A stretch of DNA of 64,000 nt from an uncultured Candidatus Binatia bacterium (GCA_965214605.1 OZ243961.1:2528001-2592000), one strand, 5' to 3'; counted from the first letter of the stretch, positions 38,653 to 49,391 are shown. Translations and numbers: made by a program. The notes: generated from the letters alone by a model not told the origin.

Positions 38653-39626
38653 ACCACCGTCGTTTCCCGCTGCCTGCACGCGCAAGCGGGTCTTCACGTC
38701 ATCGTCGAGGTTGCGGGATCGTGACGCTTGCCATGGTCATGCTCTCCGTTCGTCCGAGTGACCAACATACGCACTGATTAGGATGCAATCAAGGCACCGC
38801 GAGCAGATGCACCGGCCGGGAAAGGTGACCGCTAGGTGCGTGCGCGGCCACCTTTCCCGGCGAGCGGTATGCGCGGAACGCAACGCGGGCCGGACTGCCT
38901 CAAACAAGCTGACGATCAATCCCAGCCCGGCAACGTTGTCCCTATCCGCGTAGCCGTCGAGACAACCGCCGTTTGCCAGCGTCCACGCAGCACCGGGCGC
39001 CCCGGAAAGGCCTGGCCGTGAGCGAGTCGGCGGACGGCGCTCCGAAGGGAGCCGTTACCGCCGTCCTCATTCACCTGTCCACCCGCGCTCGCCCGTGCTC
39101 GCGGTGACGTATGAACGGAGAGCCACTGTCTTGAACACCGCTGCCTGCAACGCCCATCCCTGCGCTTCGGGAACATGGGCAGCACGACGCTCTGCTGCAA
39201 AAAATGGGTGGCAGGTCTCGTGCGCTATGGTAACGACCCGACCCACGCATCGACTCCGGTACGTGATGGGTGAAGAATGCCCCGCCGACCGCTTGCACCG
39301 GGTGCCGCACTTTGTTACTTCTGTTGCCAAGACGACGATGCGGGATGCGCCCAGAGATCGCGGCTCGGTCGTCTCGCTCAAACGCCGCGCCGGCTCCAAC
39401 CCTTGTGGCGCCAGCTGTTCCGGCCGATGACGGTGTACAGAGCAACAGCGTCCCTCTCGACTCCAGTAGGAGTTGATTCCGTCATACCCCTTGCCCCACA
39501 TATCCGGGAGTTCCACTTGGTAATCCCGCTTCTCCCCTTACCACGCTGGGGGCAGAGATCAAGAAGCATTCAGCCATTGAATCATGCAGCCGTTAGGGTC
39601 ATGATTTCTTGTTGGGGAGGGACGCT

Positions 39627-41063
39627 ATGTTGGACTTGATCATTCGCAATGGACAAGTTGTGACCCCTCAGGCGGTCGGAGTCATGGACGTTGGCATTCA
39701 GGGCGAAACAATAGCCGCCCTCGGTCAGCCGGGGGCGCTCGGCGGCGAGGGCAAGCGGGTCATTGACGCGAGCGGAAAAATCGTGATGCCGGGCGGCATC
39801 GAACCCCACGCCCATATCGGCATTCCGGTACCGCCGGACTGGACGGGGCATGCTGATGTCATGACCCAACCGCCGGAAGCCGCCAGTCGGGCGGCCGCGT
39901 TTGGCGGGGTGACGACAATTATCGACTTTACCGGCGATCTGTCGCGCCAGGCACTCAGCGGCGAGCGCCGCAGACCGGTCCTCGAGACGCTCGACCGCCG
40001 GCGGGCGGTGTTCCATGAGCACTGTTATACCGACTTTGCCTTTCACTACATTATTGCCGGCAGAGCAGCCAGCCAAGCGATTGGTCAGATTCGTGAGGCG
40101 CTTGAAGAAGGAATTGGGAGCTTTAAGATTTTTACCACCATGGAGATTCGGGTTCCGTATGGCCAGCTGTTCGGCATCTTCAGTGAGGTGGCCAAGCACG
40201 GCGGGATGATGGCCGTGCACGCCGAGGAAGACGACATCGTCTCGTACATGATCGACAAGCTCAAGCGCGAGGGCCGTGCCCAGGCTCACAATATCCACCT
40301 GGTCCATAACAATATGTCCGAAGATATTGCCTTTCGGACCGTCATTCGGCTGGCCAAATATTCGGGTGTAGGGTTGTATTTTGTCCACACGACCGCCAAA
40401 GAAGGCGTGGCTGCCATTGCCGAGGCACGTGCCCAGGGACAGCCCGTGTACGGCGAAGCGCTCCACCACTATCTGGAGTTCACCTGCGAAGACTACAAAA
40501 AGCCGGGGGGCACGGCGATTCACACCTATCCTGCCATCAAGTACGCCGCCGACCGAGACGCCCTGCTAGCAGGACTCATGGACGGTCGTTTGGCCACCAC
40601 CGCCACCGATGAGTATACGACCTTCAAAGGGCCCAAACTGTTTGGCGATACGATTGAGACGGTGTGCGGCGGGCATAACGGTATTGAGACCCGCATTCCG
40701 GTCGCCTTTACCAAGTTTGTGGCCGAGCGGAACATGCCGCTCCAGCGGTTTGCCGAGATCACCTCAACGAACGCCGCCAAGCTACTCGGTCTCTACCCGC
40801 AGAAGGGCGTAATCCAGCCGGGCAGCGACGCCGATATTGTGCTCATGGATCCAACCCTGCAAAAGACGATTCGGCTGAGTGATCTCCATGCCGACTCGGA
40901 CTACAGCATCTGGGACGGCTATACGTGTCACGGATACCCGGTGATGACAATGCTACGGGGCAAAGTCATTGTTGAGAACGGCAAGCTCGTGGGCAGTGAG
41001 CGAGACGGACGGTGGGTGAAGCGGAGGGTGGAAAATGCCGTGTTGGCCAGCCCCGCCCTCTAG
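39627..41063 (+). CDS. dihydropyrimidinase/hydantoinase-like cyclic amidohydrolase
   Basis: MLDLIIRNG, PGGIEPHAH, AAAFGGVTT, SFKIF, VHAEE, KGVIQPGSDADIV; RBS GGGAGG. Confidence 0.88.
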   Translation: MLDLIIRNGQVVTPQAVGVMDVGIQGETIAALGQPGALGGEGKRVIDASGKIVMPGGIEPHAHIGIPVPPDWTGHADVMTQPPEAASRAAAFGGVTTIIDFTGDLSRQALSGERRRPVLETLDRRRAVFHEHCYTDFAFHYIIAGRAASQAIGQIREALEEGIGSFKIFTTMEIRVPYGQLFGIFSEVAKHGGMMAVHAEEDDIVSYMIDKLKREGRAQAHNIHLVHNNMSEDIAFRTVIRLAKYSGVGLYFVHTTAKEGVAAIAEARAQGQPVYGEALHHYLEFTCEDYKKPGGTAIHTYPAIKYAADRDALLAGLMDGRLATTATDEYTTFKGPKLFGDTIETVCGGHNGIETRIPVAFTKFVAERNMPLQRFAEITSTNAAKLLGLYPQKGVIQPGSDADIVLMDPTLQKTIRLSDLHADSDYSIWDGYTCHGYPVMTMLRGKVIVENGKLVGSERDGRWVKRRVENAVLASPAL

Positions 41064-41085
41064 GGAGAAGCTCCCCGGAGTGCAC

Positions 41086-41865
41086 ATGAACCGCTGGGAT
41101 CCCCAACAGTACCAACGCTTCAGCCGTGAACGCGCGCGGCCCTTCTTCGACCTCGTCGGCCGGATTGACGGCCACCTCCACCAGGTTCAAACCGTTGCCG
41201 ACCTAGGCTGCGGCCCCGGCACACTGACCCAGACCTTATGCGCGCGCTGGCCGCACGCGACGGTCTACGGCGTCGACAACTCCCCCCAGATGCTGGAAAA
41301 GGCCGGCCAGCTCCCGGCCAATCCACGGCTGCGTTTTATCCAAGCCGACCTAGCCGACTGGCACCCCGATACTCGACTGGATTGCCTTATTTCAAACGCC
41401 GCACTGCAGTGGGTTCCCAACCATGCCGGCGTGCTTGCCCATCTTCTCAATCTGCTAAACCGACGCGGCGTGTTGGCCGTTCAGATGCCGCACAACTTTG
41501 ACCAGGCCGCCCATCGTCTGCTGTATGAGCTGGCTGGCCAAGCCCCATGGGCGGCGTGGCTCGGCTCCTGGCAGGAACGCCATTTTGTGGAGACGCCGGA
41601 CTGGTACGCTCAGACCTTGCGGCAGGCAGGCTTAGAGGTCGAGGTATGGGAGACAATCTATCACCATCTGTTAGACAGGCAGGATGCGGTTCTGGAATGG
41701 ATGAAGGGCACGGCTCTGCGCCCTGTCTTCAACCGGCTCCCCAGCCAGCAGCACGACGCGTTTGTGGCCGCCTACGGGGAGCTCTTAGCCGCCGCCTACC
41801 CACCAGGCCCCCACGGGACCCCGTTTCCCTTTCGCCGCCTGTTTTTTGTCGCCCGGCAGCCTTAG
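41086..41865 (+). CDS. tam: trans-aconitate 2-methyltransferase
   Basis: WDPQQYQRF..ER.RPFFDL, DLGCGPG, NAALQWVP, FPFRRLFFVA. Confidence 0.88.
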   Translation: MNRWDPQQYQRFSRERARPFFDLVGRIDGHLHQVQTVADLGCGPGTLTQTLCARWPHATVYGVDNSPQMLEKAGQLPANPRLRFIQADLADWHPDTRLDCLISNAALQWVPNHAGVLAHLLNLLNRRGVLAVQMPHNFDQAAHRLLYELAGQAPWAAWLGSWQERHFVETPDWYAQTLRQAGLEVEVWETIYHHLLDRQDAVLEWMKGTALRPVFNRLPSQQHDAFVAAYGELLAAAYPPGPHGTPFPFRRLFFVARQP

Positions 41866-41933
41866 TTTTCGCCAGTGGTGCGTACCTCTACAAACACGCG
41901 GTCCTCACCAAGGGGGGCAACATGTCTTCCTCC

Positions 41934-42947
41934 TTAAGGGGATCCCCGAAAATACGGGATCACATGGGCGCCCATCAGCTCAAGCACCCGGTAGGCGTGA
42001 TAGGCTTCCATGCCCGGCCACCAGATGCGGAAAATAAAATGGTTGATGCCGAGCCGGTCACGATGAGCCTCAACCTGCTGGATGACGTCATCTCTGTTGC
42101 CGAGGATAAAACGGTCGCGGGCCAAGGCTTCAAAAGGAACGCGGAACGATTCCTGACCGGGCATGGCTTTGTCCTGACCCCAGTCGGCGTAAGCCTGGTA
42201 TTTGCGCTCCAGGTATGGCCGGGCCACGGCTACGGCTTCCTCCCGACTGGTGGCCAGATGCATCTCTTTGATGATGGGACGCTCCGCCGGCGGACTGGCC
42301 GCGGCTTCTGATAGGGCCGCGGTGTAGACCTGGGTCTGGCGCTCAAGCGTGGACAGGGTGGCGTGCGGGTTAAGCAGCCAGGCGCAGCCTAAGCGGCCGG
42401 CCCGGGCGACAGCGCTGTCGTGATTGGCCGCAATCCAGATCGGCGGGTGGGGGTGCTGCACTGGGCGGATGGTACAGATCCCGCGGGTCACAGAGAAATG
42501 TTTGCCGGCAAACGTCACCTCTTCTTCGGTCCACAGCCGACGGATCAGCTCCAAGGCTTCGAGAAAACGGCCTGTGCGGTCCCGGCGGGTGGTATTAAAC
42601 GCCTCATACTCAATATCCCGGTAGCCCAGCCCTACGCCCAACACTACCCGTCCGTCGCTCATAACATCGAGCGACGCCACGTCTTCGGCCAGCCCGACCG
42701 GACTGTACAGTGGCAGCAGCACAATCGACAGGATGAGGTCCATCGAGCCGCTCTCGGCCGCCAGCCTGGCCAGGAGCGGAATGCTTTGCAGGTTTTGATA
42801 GGGCGGTGACAGAAAGTGCTGGCCGCAGGCAATGGAATCAAAGCCGGCGTCTCGTGCCAGGCGGGTGAGTTGGAGTGTTTCGCGGAACCGTTTGGTCGGC
42901 GAATCGGTCCGCGGGTGTTGGGGCATAACCATAATGCCGAACTTCAT
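41934..42947 (-). CDS. LLM class flavin-dependent oxidoreductase
   Basis: LAEDVASLDVMSDGRVVLGVGLGY and PHPPIWIA motifs. Confidence 0.9.
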   Translation of the reverse strand: MKFGIMVMPQHPRTDSPTKRFRETLQLTRLARDAGFDSIACGQHFLSPPYQNLQSIPLLARLAAESGSMDLILSIVLLPLYSPVGLAEDVASLDVMSDGRVVLGVGLGYRDIEYEAFNTTRRDRTGRFLEALELIRRLWTEEEVTFAGKHFSVTRGICTIRPVQHPHPPIWIAANHDSAVARAGRLGCAWLLNPHATLSTLERQTQVYTAALSEAAASPPAERPIIKEMHLATSREEAVAVARPYLERKYQAYADWGQDKAMPGQESFRVPFEALARDRFILGNRDDVIQQVEAHRDRLGINHFIFRIWWPGMEAYHAYRVLELMGAHVIPYFRGSP

Positions 42948-42960
42948 CACTGTCCTCCTC

Positions 42961-44124
42961 TCAGAAAAGGTCGGTCCAGAACTTGAACAAGAGCGTGCCG
43001 ATCAAGGTTCCCAGGGCGTAGCCGAGCACGCCCACCAGCACCCCGGGTGTCACCAGGTTGTGCCAGCCCTTGGCCGCCGCCAGAGCCGGCGCGGTCGTTG
43101 CGCCCAGAATTGCCGCGTTAGAAGCGGTAATCAGCTCGGGCAGGCTGAGCCGGCACAGCCTGCCGACCGAGAACGTCACCAGCACGTGAACAACCAGCAG
43201 GATCAGCACCATCAGGGTCAGCAGCGGCGCCACCTCAATCATGGCAACAATGTCGGCCCCGGCGGCAATCGCCGCAAAAAACACAAACGACAACCCCACT
43301 CCCAGTTCAAAACTACCGGCCAGTTTTTGTTCCAGGTCTGGTACCAAAGTGGCCAGCCCCAAGGTCATGCCGGTGATAATCACATAGCGCCAGTCGGGGG
43401 CGTCCAGGACTGCCACCAGCCCATCCCCCAGCGAGACGATTACCAGGGCGAGGGCCAGGGCAAGGGTCAGCGACATGGCTGTGGCCCGCGGGGCTCGCCC
43501 GGCTTCCGGCAGGCGAGCCGCGGAGTCGTGGGCGGGAAAACAGCGCGCCAACCAGGCCCAGCCCGGCAGCAGGGCGAGCAGACCCAGATAGACGGCACTA
43601 TATAAATTGTCGGCGGCCGTCGCCGCCGAAAAAAACGAGGCATCTCGCTGCAAGCCGGTAATCTCTCCCAGGGCCGCATAGTTGACCGAGCCACCGATAT
43701 ACGTTGAGGCAAACAGCCCGGCAATGGCCGCCTCGCGGCGATCCGCTGGCAAGTCAGCCGCCGTCCCTAGGCCACTCAGGTCCAGCACCAACACCGCCAC
43801 GCCAACGCCGATGACCGTGCCTGCAGTGGCCAGCAGAAAGGCCAGGGTCGTCCGCGTGGTGTCAAAGAGAATGCGCCGCAGGTTGGCCTGAAACAGAAAC
43901 AGCGGGATCAGCAGCGGCACGACATAAGTAAAGACGAAGCCGTAAGCCGGCGCAGCATGGGGAATGATCCCCAGATTTGCCGCGGCAATAGCGCCGAGAA
44001 GGGCGATGACCGCGCCGGTCAGATGAGCGCCGACCCGGGTCTGTTCGCCCCAAAAGCCCAGGCCGGCAATAACAAACAGGCTGGCTATGACTGCCGTATG
44101 ATTTTCCGCAGACGCCAATGCCAT
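42961..44124 (-). CDS. DUF819 family membrane protein
   Basis: About 10 TM helices; TYIGGSVNY and ASNAAILGATTA motifs; start placed at MALASAE. Confidence 0.8.
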   Translation of the reverse strand: MALASAENHTAVIASLFVIAGLGFWGEQTRVGAHLTGAVIALLGAIAAANLGIIPHAAPAYGFVFTYVVPLLIPLFLFQANLRRILFDTTRTTLAFLLATAGTVIGVGVAVLVLDLSGLGTAADLPADRREAAIAGLFASTYIGGSVNYAALGEITGLQRDASFFSAATAADNLYSAVYLGLLALLPGWAWLARCFPAHDSAARLPEAGRAPRATAMSLTLALALALVIVSLGDGLVAVLDAPDWRYVIITGMTLGLATLVPDLEQKLAGSFELGVGLSFVFFAAIAAGADIVAMIEVAPLLTLMVLILLVVHVLVTFSVGRLCRLSLPELITASNAAILGATTAPALAAAKGWHNLVTPGVLVGVLGYALGTLIGTLLFKFWTDLF

Positions 44125-44333
44125 CAGTGGACCTCTCCTTCTCGCAAAAGGGGGGTGATGATGATGACCACGCCAGGCCACCACCAGCCACCTTCCGCCT
44201 AGTGACACGCCGATTTCATTCCTCCGGCATTGTGCCGTAAATTCCGACGCGTTCAACGGACGGCTTCGGAAGCTGGCGCGCCTGGCGAAAACCTGCTATT
44301 GCGCCTGACACTGTCCTCTACAGAAGAGATGCC

Positions 44334-46409
44334 ATGAAACGTGTTGGAATTGACGTCGGCGGAACCTTTACCGATCTGATTTACGTAGACGAAGACCAGG
44401 GCCAAGTCGTAGTCCACAAACTTCCCAGTACTCCATCCGATCCGGCTCAGGCCACCCTGCAGGGCTTGGACGAGGTGTGTGAGGGGGCCGGCGTCCAAGC
44501 GGCACACCTTGACCACCTGTTTCACGGCACCACGGTAGCCACCAATATTGTCTTGGAACACACCGGGGCCAAGGTCGGGCTACTCACGACCAAGGGCTAC
44601 CGCGATATTTTGCACATCGCTCGGCATAAACGGCCTCTGTCTTTTAGCCTGTACCAGGATGTTCCGTGGCAGCAGCATCCTTTGGTGCGGCGACGCTATC
44701 GGCGTCCTGTTACGGAACGGGTCATTGCCCCGGACGGTGAGGTGCTCACCCCACTCAACGAAGACGAGGTCCGTGAGGCGGTTCGGATGATGAAAGCCGA
44801 GGGGGTTGAAGCGGTCGCCATCTGTTTTCTGTTTTCGTTTCTGAATCCGAGCCACGAACAACGCGCCAAGGAAATTGTCCGCGAAGAGTTTCCCGACTGT
44901 TATCTGTCCGTCCGCCATGAGGTGCTGCCCCAGTACCGCGAGTACGAAGGCTTTAGCACGGTGTGTTTGAACGCCTCGGTCGGTCCTAAGGTCAGCCAGT
45001 ATATTGAGCGTCTTGACCGCACGGTGACCGAAAAAGGTCTGCGCGGCGGACTCCATCTGATGACCTCGGTAGGGGGCGTGGCCACACCCCAAGGGGCAGT
45101 ACAACGACCGGTGAATCTGCTGATGTCAGGACCCGTAGCCGGTCTGATCGGCGGGATCTGGACCGGAAAAATGGCCGGCTCGTCGAGTGTCATCACCCTG
45201 GATGTGGGGGGCACTTCGGCCGATATTGGTGTGGCACCGGACGGCCAGACACGTATGAAACACCTGCTCGACACCCAGATCGGGGGCTATCACGCCATGA
45301 TTCCTATGGTTGAGATTGACGCCATTGGAGCGGGGGGCGGCAGTATTGCGTATGTTGACGCGGGCGGCATGTTCCGGGTCGGGCCGAAAAGCGCGGGAGC
45401 CGAACCCGGCCCGGCGTGTTATGGCCGGGGCGGCGACCAAGCGACTGCAACCGACGCCTTGGTCGTCCTCGGTCGGCTGCGCCCCGAGAGCTTTTTGGGT
45501 GGTCGGGTTCCGCTCCAAAAACGGTTGGCCGAGGACGCCCTGAGGGGCCAGCTGTGCCACCCCTTAGGGGCCGACCTAGAACAGGCCGCGTTGGGCGTGG
45601 CACGGATTCTTACCCACGGTATGGTCGAGGGCATTGAAATCAGCAGTGTGCGCAAAGGCTACGACCCCCGTGATTTTGCCCTGGTTGCGGCGGGTGGCGC
45701 CGGGCCTGTCTTCGCCTGTGATATTGCCCAGGAATTGGGGATCCCACAGGTCTTGGTGCCGCGCTATCCGGGCATTACCTCGGCGCTCGGCCTGCTGGCC
45801 ACCGACATTGTGTACGAATTTGTTATCACCGAGATGCAGCTGTTCTCCAACCTCGACCGTGACAAACTGCGCGGAGACTTTGCCACCCTAGAGCGGCAGG
45901 CGGCCGAGCGTTTGCGTGCGGACCGACTGGGGCCCGAACAGACCCTGACCCGTCGGGTTGCCGACTGCCGCTATATCGGCCAGGGCTATGAGCTGCGGGT
46001 CGAACTGCCCGCCGGGCCAATCGACCAGGCCTGGCAGGAGCAGGCCGTCGAAGCGTTCCATCGGGCCCACGAACGCGAATATGTCCGCCGCTTCCCGGAC
46101 AGTGACATACAAATTGTGAATATCCGGATCCAGGGCCTCGGTCTGATGCCCGAGCTGCGGCTCAAAGAGCTGCCGGTCGGAGCCCACTCGCCGGCAGAGG
46201 CGTTGACCGCCACCCGCGATGTCATCTTTAGTCTGGACGGCAAACCGGCAAGACTAGCCAGTGCGTTTTACCAGCGGGAACTCCTCAAAGCGGGCAACCG
46301 CATCAGCGGCCCGGCAATCATAGAACAGCTCGATAGCACGGTCGTCATCAACCCTGGCCTCACCGCCGAGGTCGACCGCTACGGAACCATTCTGATTGAT
46401 TGTCGATAA
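44334..46409 (+). CDS. hydantoinase A / 5-oxoprolinase family (ATP-binding subunit)
   Basis: GIDVGGTFTD, HGTTVATN, SGPVAG, DVGGTSAD, GAGGGSIA, SAGAEPGPACYG. Confidence 0.93.
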   Translation: MKRVGIDVGGTFTDLIYVDEDQGQVVVHKLPSTPSDPAQATLQGLDEVCEGAGVQAAHLDHLFHGTTVATNIVLEHTGAKVGLLTTKGYRDILHIARHKRPLSFSLYQDVPWQQHPLVRRRYRRPVTERVIAPDGEVLTPLNEDEVREAVRMMKAEGVEAVAICFLFSFLNPSHEQRAKEIVREEFPDCYLSVRHEVLPQYREYEGFSTVCLNASVGPKVSQYIERLDRTVTEKGLRGGLHLMTSVGGVATPQGAVQRPVNLLMSGPVAGLIGGIWTGKMAGSSSVITLDVGGTSADIGVAPDGQTRMKHLLDTQIGGYHAMIPMVEIDAIGAGGGSIAYVDAGGMFRVGPKSAGAEPGPACYGRGGDQATATDALVVLGRLRPESFLGGRVPLQKRLAEDALRGQLCHPLGADLEQAALGVARILTHGMVEGIEISSVRKGYDPRDFALVAAGGAGPVFACDIAQELGIPQVLVPRYPGITSALGLLATDIVYEFVITEMQLFSNLDRDKLRGDFATLERQAAERLRADRLGPEQTLTRRVADCRYIGQGYELRVELPAGPIDQAWQEQAVEAFHRAHEREYVRRFPDSDIQIVNIRIQGLGLMPELRLKELPVGAHSPAEALTATRDVIFSLDGKPARLASAFYQRELLKAGNRISGPAIIEQLDSTVVINPGLTAEVDRYGTILIDCR

Positions 46410-46421
46410 GGAGATAGGAGC

Positions 46422-48197
46422 ATGGCACCCCCCAACGGCAGCCCCGGCACAGCTCGTGCGATCGATCCCATTACTCTGCGTGTCCTCAACGGTGCATTTA
46501 CGGCCGCAGCCAAAGAGATGGCCCATGTCCTGTACCGAATGTCGTACTCCAGCATTATTCGCGAGTCCGAAGACCTCGGGGCCGGTCTGTATGACGCAGA
46601 GGGCAATGAGATCTGCGAGAGCGATACCTCGCCCATGCACGTAGGCTCGCTCCCAGCCTATATTCGGGGCTTTCTCAAACGTCTCGACGGCAAGATCAAC
46701 GACGGCGACGTGATCTTACACAACCATCCGTACCACGGCTCGACCCATACTCCCGATCTGGCCGTGGCGGTGCCGGTCTTTTGGGACAGTCGTCTGATCG
46801 GTTTTGCCGCGGTGACAGCCCATTTGCTCGACATGGGCGGCGCCGCGCCGGGTCTGAATGTTGATGTGGTTGATGTGTGGGCCGAGTCGCGGCTTTTTAA
46901 CGGCATTAAGCTCTACGACGCTGGGGTCAAAAACGAGGATCTCTGGCAGTTTTTCTTGGATAACGTCCGCACCCCAGAGATGAATACCGGCGATATTGAG
47001 TCAATGATCGCAGCCTGTCAGCTGGGACGCGAGCGTTTCCTCAAGCTGGTTAAAAAGTACGGCGTGGATACGGTGCTGGATACCGCGCATGAGCTGATGG
47101 ACTACTCCGAACGCATGCTGCGTAAAGAAATTGAGAAAATCCCCGACGGCGAATATCGCGCTCCCCCTCAATATCTGGACGATGATGGGCGTAACCGGGA
47201 CCAGCCGCTGGCCGTGTGTGTCAGCGTCAAGGTTGAGGGCAGCAATCTGACGATTGATTTAACCGGCTCCAGCCCAGAAGTGCCAACCGGCTATAACGTG
47301 CCATATGAGGGCAGTACGCTCGTGGCCTCATACGTCATCGTCCGCAGCATTCTGCTTGACGAAGCGACTTTCCCCGATCCAGTGCCCCAGAATGAGGGGA
47401 TTTTTCGACCGATTCAGGTCGTTGCGCCCCAAGGGACAATCTTTAACCCACGTTTTCCGCGTGCCTGTTTCAGCCGCTTTAACCAAGTCCAGTATCTGGC
47501 CGATGGCGTGAATCTGGCACTGGCCCAAGCCGTACCAGATAAGGTGTGTGCCGGCAACGCGGCCCATGTCCATTTTCTGAGCTACAGCGGCTTCCAGGAA
47601 GACAAGGGCGAATACTGGGTCTATCTAGAGGTCAACGAGGGCAACTGGGGAGGCCGACACGGCAAAGACGGCCTCGACTCAATTGCCTGCTTGATTGAAA
47701 ATACCCGCAATAATCCGGTTGAAGAACTTGACCTGCGCTTTCCCATGCGTAATGAGCGCTATGAACTGCGCGAAGAGCCGGTAGCTCCGGGCAGGTGGCG
47801 GGGTGGGGTCGGGATTGTTCGAGAAAACCGTTTTCTGGTGCCCGGCTATCTTTCCTCAGAGGCTGAGCGACATTTTGATCCGCCCAAAGGGATCTTCAGG
47901 GGCCAAGACGGCTGTCGGGCATCAATGATTAAGAACCCCGGCGTCGAGGGCGAACAACGCCTGTACAGCAAAGTTACCGGCTATCCGATGCAGGCCAACG
48001 AATTGCTTCAGATCAAGACGGCCAATAGCGCCAGCTACGGCGATCCGTTTGAGCGCGAGCCCCGGCGGGTGTTAGACGATGTGTTGGACGATTTCATCAC
48101 GATCGAGATGGCGGAACAAGACTATGGGGTGGTGATTGATCCGACGACACTGCAGATTGACGACCAGGCAACCGCCCAACGCAGGGCGGGTCGCTAA
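46422..48197 (+). CDS. hydantoinase B / 5-oxoprolinase family subunit
   Basis: S-x-IIRESED, NHPYHGSTHTPD, AHLLDMGG, GRWRGG, YGDPFER. Confidence 0.92.
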   Translation: MAPPNGSPGTARAIDPITLRVLNGAFTAAAKEMAHVLYRMSYSSIIRESEDLGAGLYDAEGNEICESDTSPMHVGSLPAYIRGFLKRLDGKINDGDVILHNHPYHGSTHTPDLAVAVPVFWDSRLIGFAAVTAHLLDMGGAAPGLNVDVVDVWAESRLFNGIKLYDAGVKNEDLWQFFLDNVRTPEMNTGDIESMIAACQLGRERFLKLVKKYGVDTVLDTAHELMDYSERMLRKEIEKIPDGEYRAPPQYLDDDGRNRDQPLAVCVSVKVEGSNLTIDLTGSSPEVPTGYNVPYEGSTLVASYVIVRSILLDEATFPDPVPQNEGIFRPIQVVAPQGTIFNPRFPRACFSRFNQVQYLADGVNLALAQAVPDKVCAGNAAHVHFLSYSGFQEDKGEYWVYLEVNEGNWGGRHGKDGLDSIACLIENTRNNPVEELDLRFPMRNERYELREEPVAPGRWRGGVGIVRENRFLVPGYLSSEAERHFDPPKGIFRGQDGCRASMIKNPGVEGEQRLYSKVTGYPMQANELLQIKTANSASYGDPFEREPRRVLDDVLDDFITIEMAEQDYGVVIDPTTLQIDDQATAQRRAGR

Positions 48198-48886
48198 TAC
48201 CAGATCTCCATCCGCAAGCCTTTTACATCAAGCGGTGGCTGTGCCGGAAGCCGCCATGCCTCGCCCGTGGCGATTCGTCCGGCAAGCCAGGTCAGCACAC
48301 ACGCGTCCAACACATCGTCCAGCCCCACCTGAGAACGCTGGTACCTCGTCGTAACGGTGTCGAGCAGATCCCTCACTGCCTGAAACTCTACGAGTGTCCC
48401 AAGTGCCACCAGGCGCTCTTCACGTCCGGCCGGCGTCTTTTTACTGTGCCGCATCGGCGCCCCGACCAGCGTCCGAAAGGCCAGCTCTGGATGGCCTTCG
48501 TACACCCGCCGCTGTAGCCCTGGAGTCATCAGCCGATCGACTTCTCGAATTTTGGGCACAATCCCAAACGCCTGAATACTCAGCCCGTGACCGCGGATCT
48601 GGCTGTAGCGGGTCGCCCCGAGTAGACGGCGAGTCGGCGGACTGAACACGCTGCTCGCTCTCCCGGGCAGCAAGCGGCGCGCCAGCCGGTCACACTCCCG
48701 TCCGCCCGGCTGTCTCTCGTCCAGCAGACCAATCGGGATATCAACGACAAGACGCTCTGGCTCGGGGCAGAGGGCAAGAACCGCCCCAAAGTTGGGACAT
48801 ATTCGAACGATGGAGCGCCGCGTCTGGGCAGAAACACCTACCACAACCCATCCGGCCGGGCAGCCATCAACGCCAGCCAGCCACAT
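48194..48886 (-). CDS. DUF429 family protein (predicted RNase H-like nuclease)
   Basis: AGVDGCPAGW, VDIPIGL, EGHPEL and DDVLDA motifs. Confidence 0.8.
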   Translation of the reverse strand: MWLAGVDGCPAGWVVVGVSAQTRRSIVRICPNFGAVLALCPEPERLVVDIPIGLLDERQPGGRECDRLARRLLPGRASSVFSPPTRRLLGATRYSQIRGHGLSIQAFGIVPKIREVDRLMTPGLQRRVYEGHPELAFRTLVGAPMRHSKKTPAGREERLVALGTLVEFQAVRDLLDTVTTRYQRSQVGLDDVLDACVLTWLAGRIATGEAWRLPAQPPLDVKGLRMEIWY

Positions 48887-48914
48887 GTCACGGGCTCCAG
48901 CCAAGCGGCGCGGT

Positions 48915-49391
48915 TCAGGACTGGTCCGGCGTGGTCCGAAACGGCTCAAGATCGGCAAGTTTCCCGGCCCGCAGCAGCCCCACCACCCACTGGTGGCCTT
49001 CCTCGGCTTCCCGCTGTTGGTACCACTGTAAGCCGTACACAGCCTCTACCTCCTCAGCCACCTCTTCCCCTTCTAACGGATACACCGCGGTGCCAAAGCA
49101 GGCTCCATCCTGGCGTCTGGCCCGGCGCACAATATAGGGGGGAAACCGCCGGGTCGAGACCACAAACGGAACTGGGACAGCCTCGACCCGATCCTCCCAG
49201 CCCGCGGGTCGCCACAGGGGACTAAACCCGTAATACCAGCCACAGACGGTGCTGAAAACGAGTAGACTGAGGCTGCCGCTGACCATCCACGGGCCATACG
49301 GGGAATGGTAAGCCCAAGCCAATGCGCCAAAAAACAGGATTGTCAGTCCGGTCACGACACCGGCGTGGGTCACAATCGTAATCGTCCGCAC
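48915..49391 (-). CDS. hypothetical membrane protein
   Basis: Two TM segments after a probable GTG start at 49391 with GGAG RBS; the longer ORF is an antisense shadow of OmpA. Confidence 0.5.
   Translation of the reverse strand: MRTITIVTHAGVVTGLTILFFGALAWAYHSPYGPWMVSGSLSLLVFSTVCGWYYGFSPLWRPAGWEDRVEAVPVPFVVSTRRFPPYIVRRARRQDGACFGTAVYPLEGEEVAEEVEAVYGLQWYQQREAEEGHQWVVGLLRAGKLADLEPFRTTPDQS

Larger units (their letters stand above)
31225..39516. mobile_element. putative horizontally acquired defence island between the two direct-repeat copies
   Basis: Defence gene content, visibly higher GC in hsdR/hsdM, bracketed by a ~500-bp direct duplication; no integrase or transposase seen. Confidence 0.55.
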
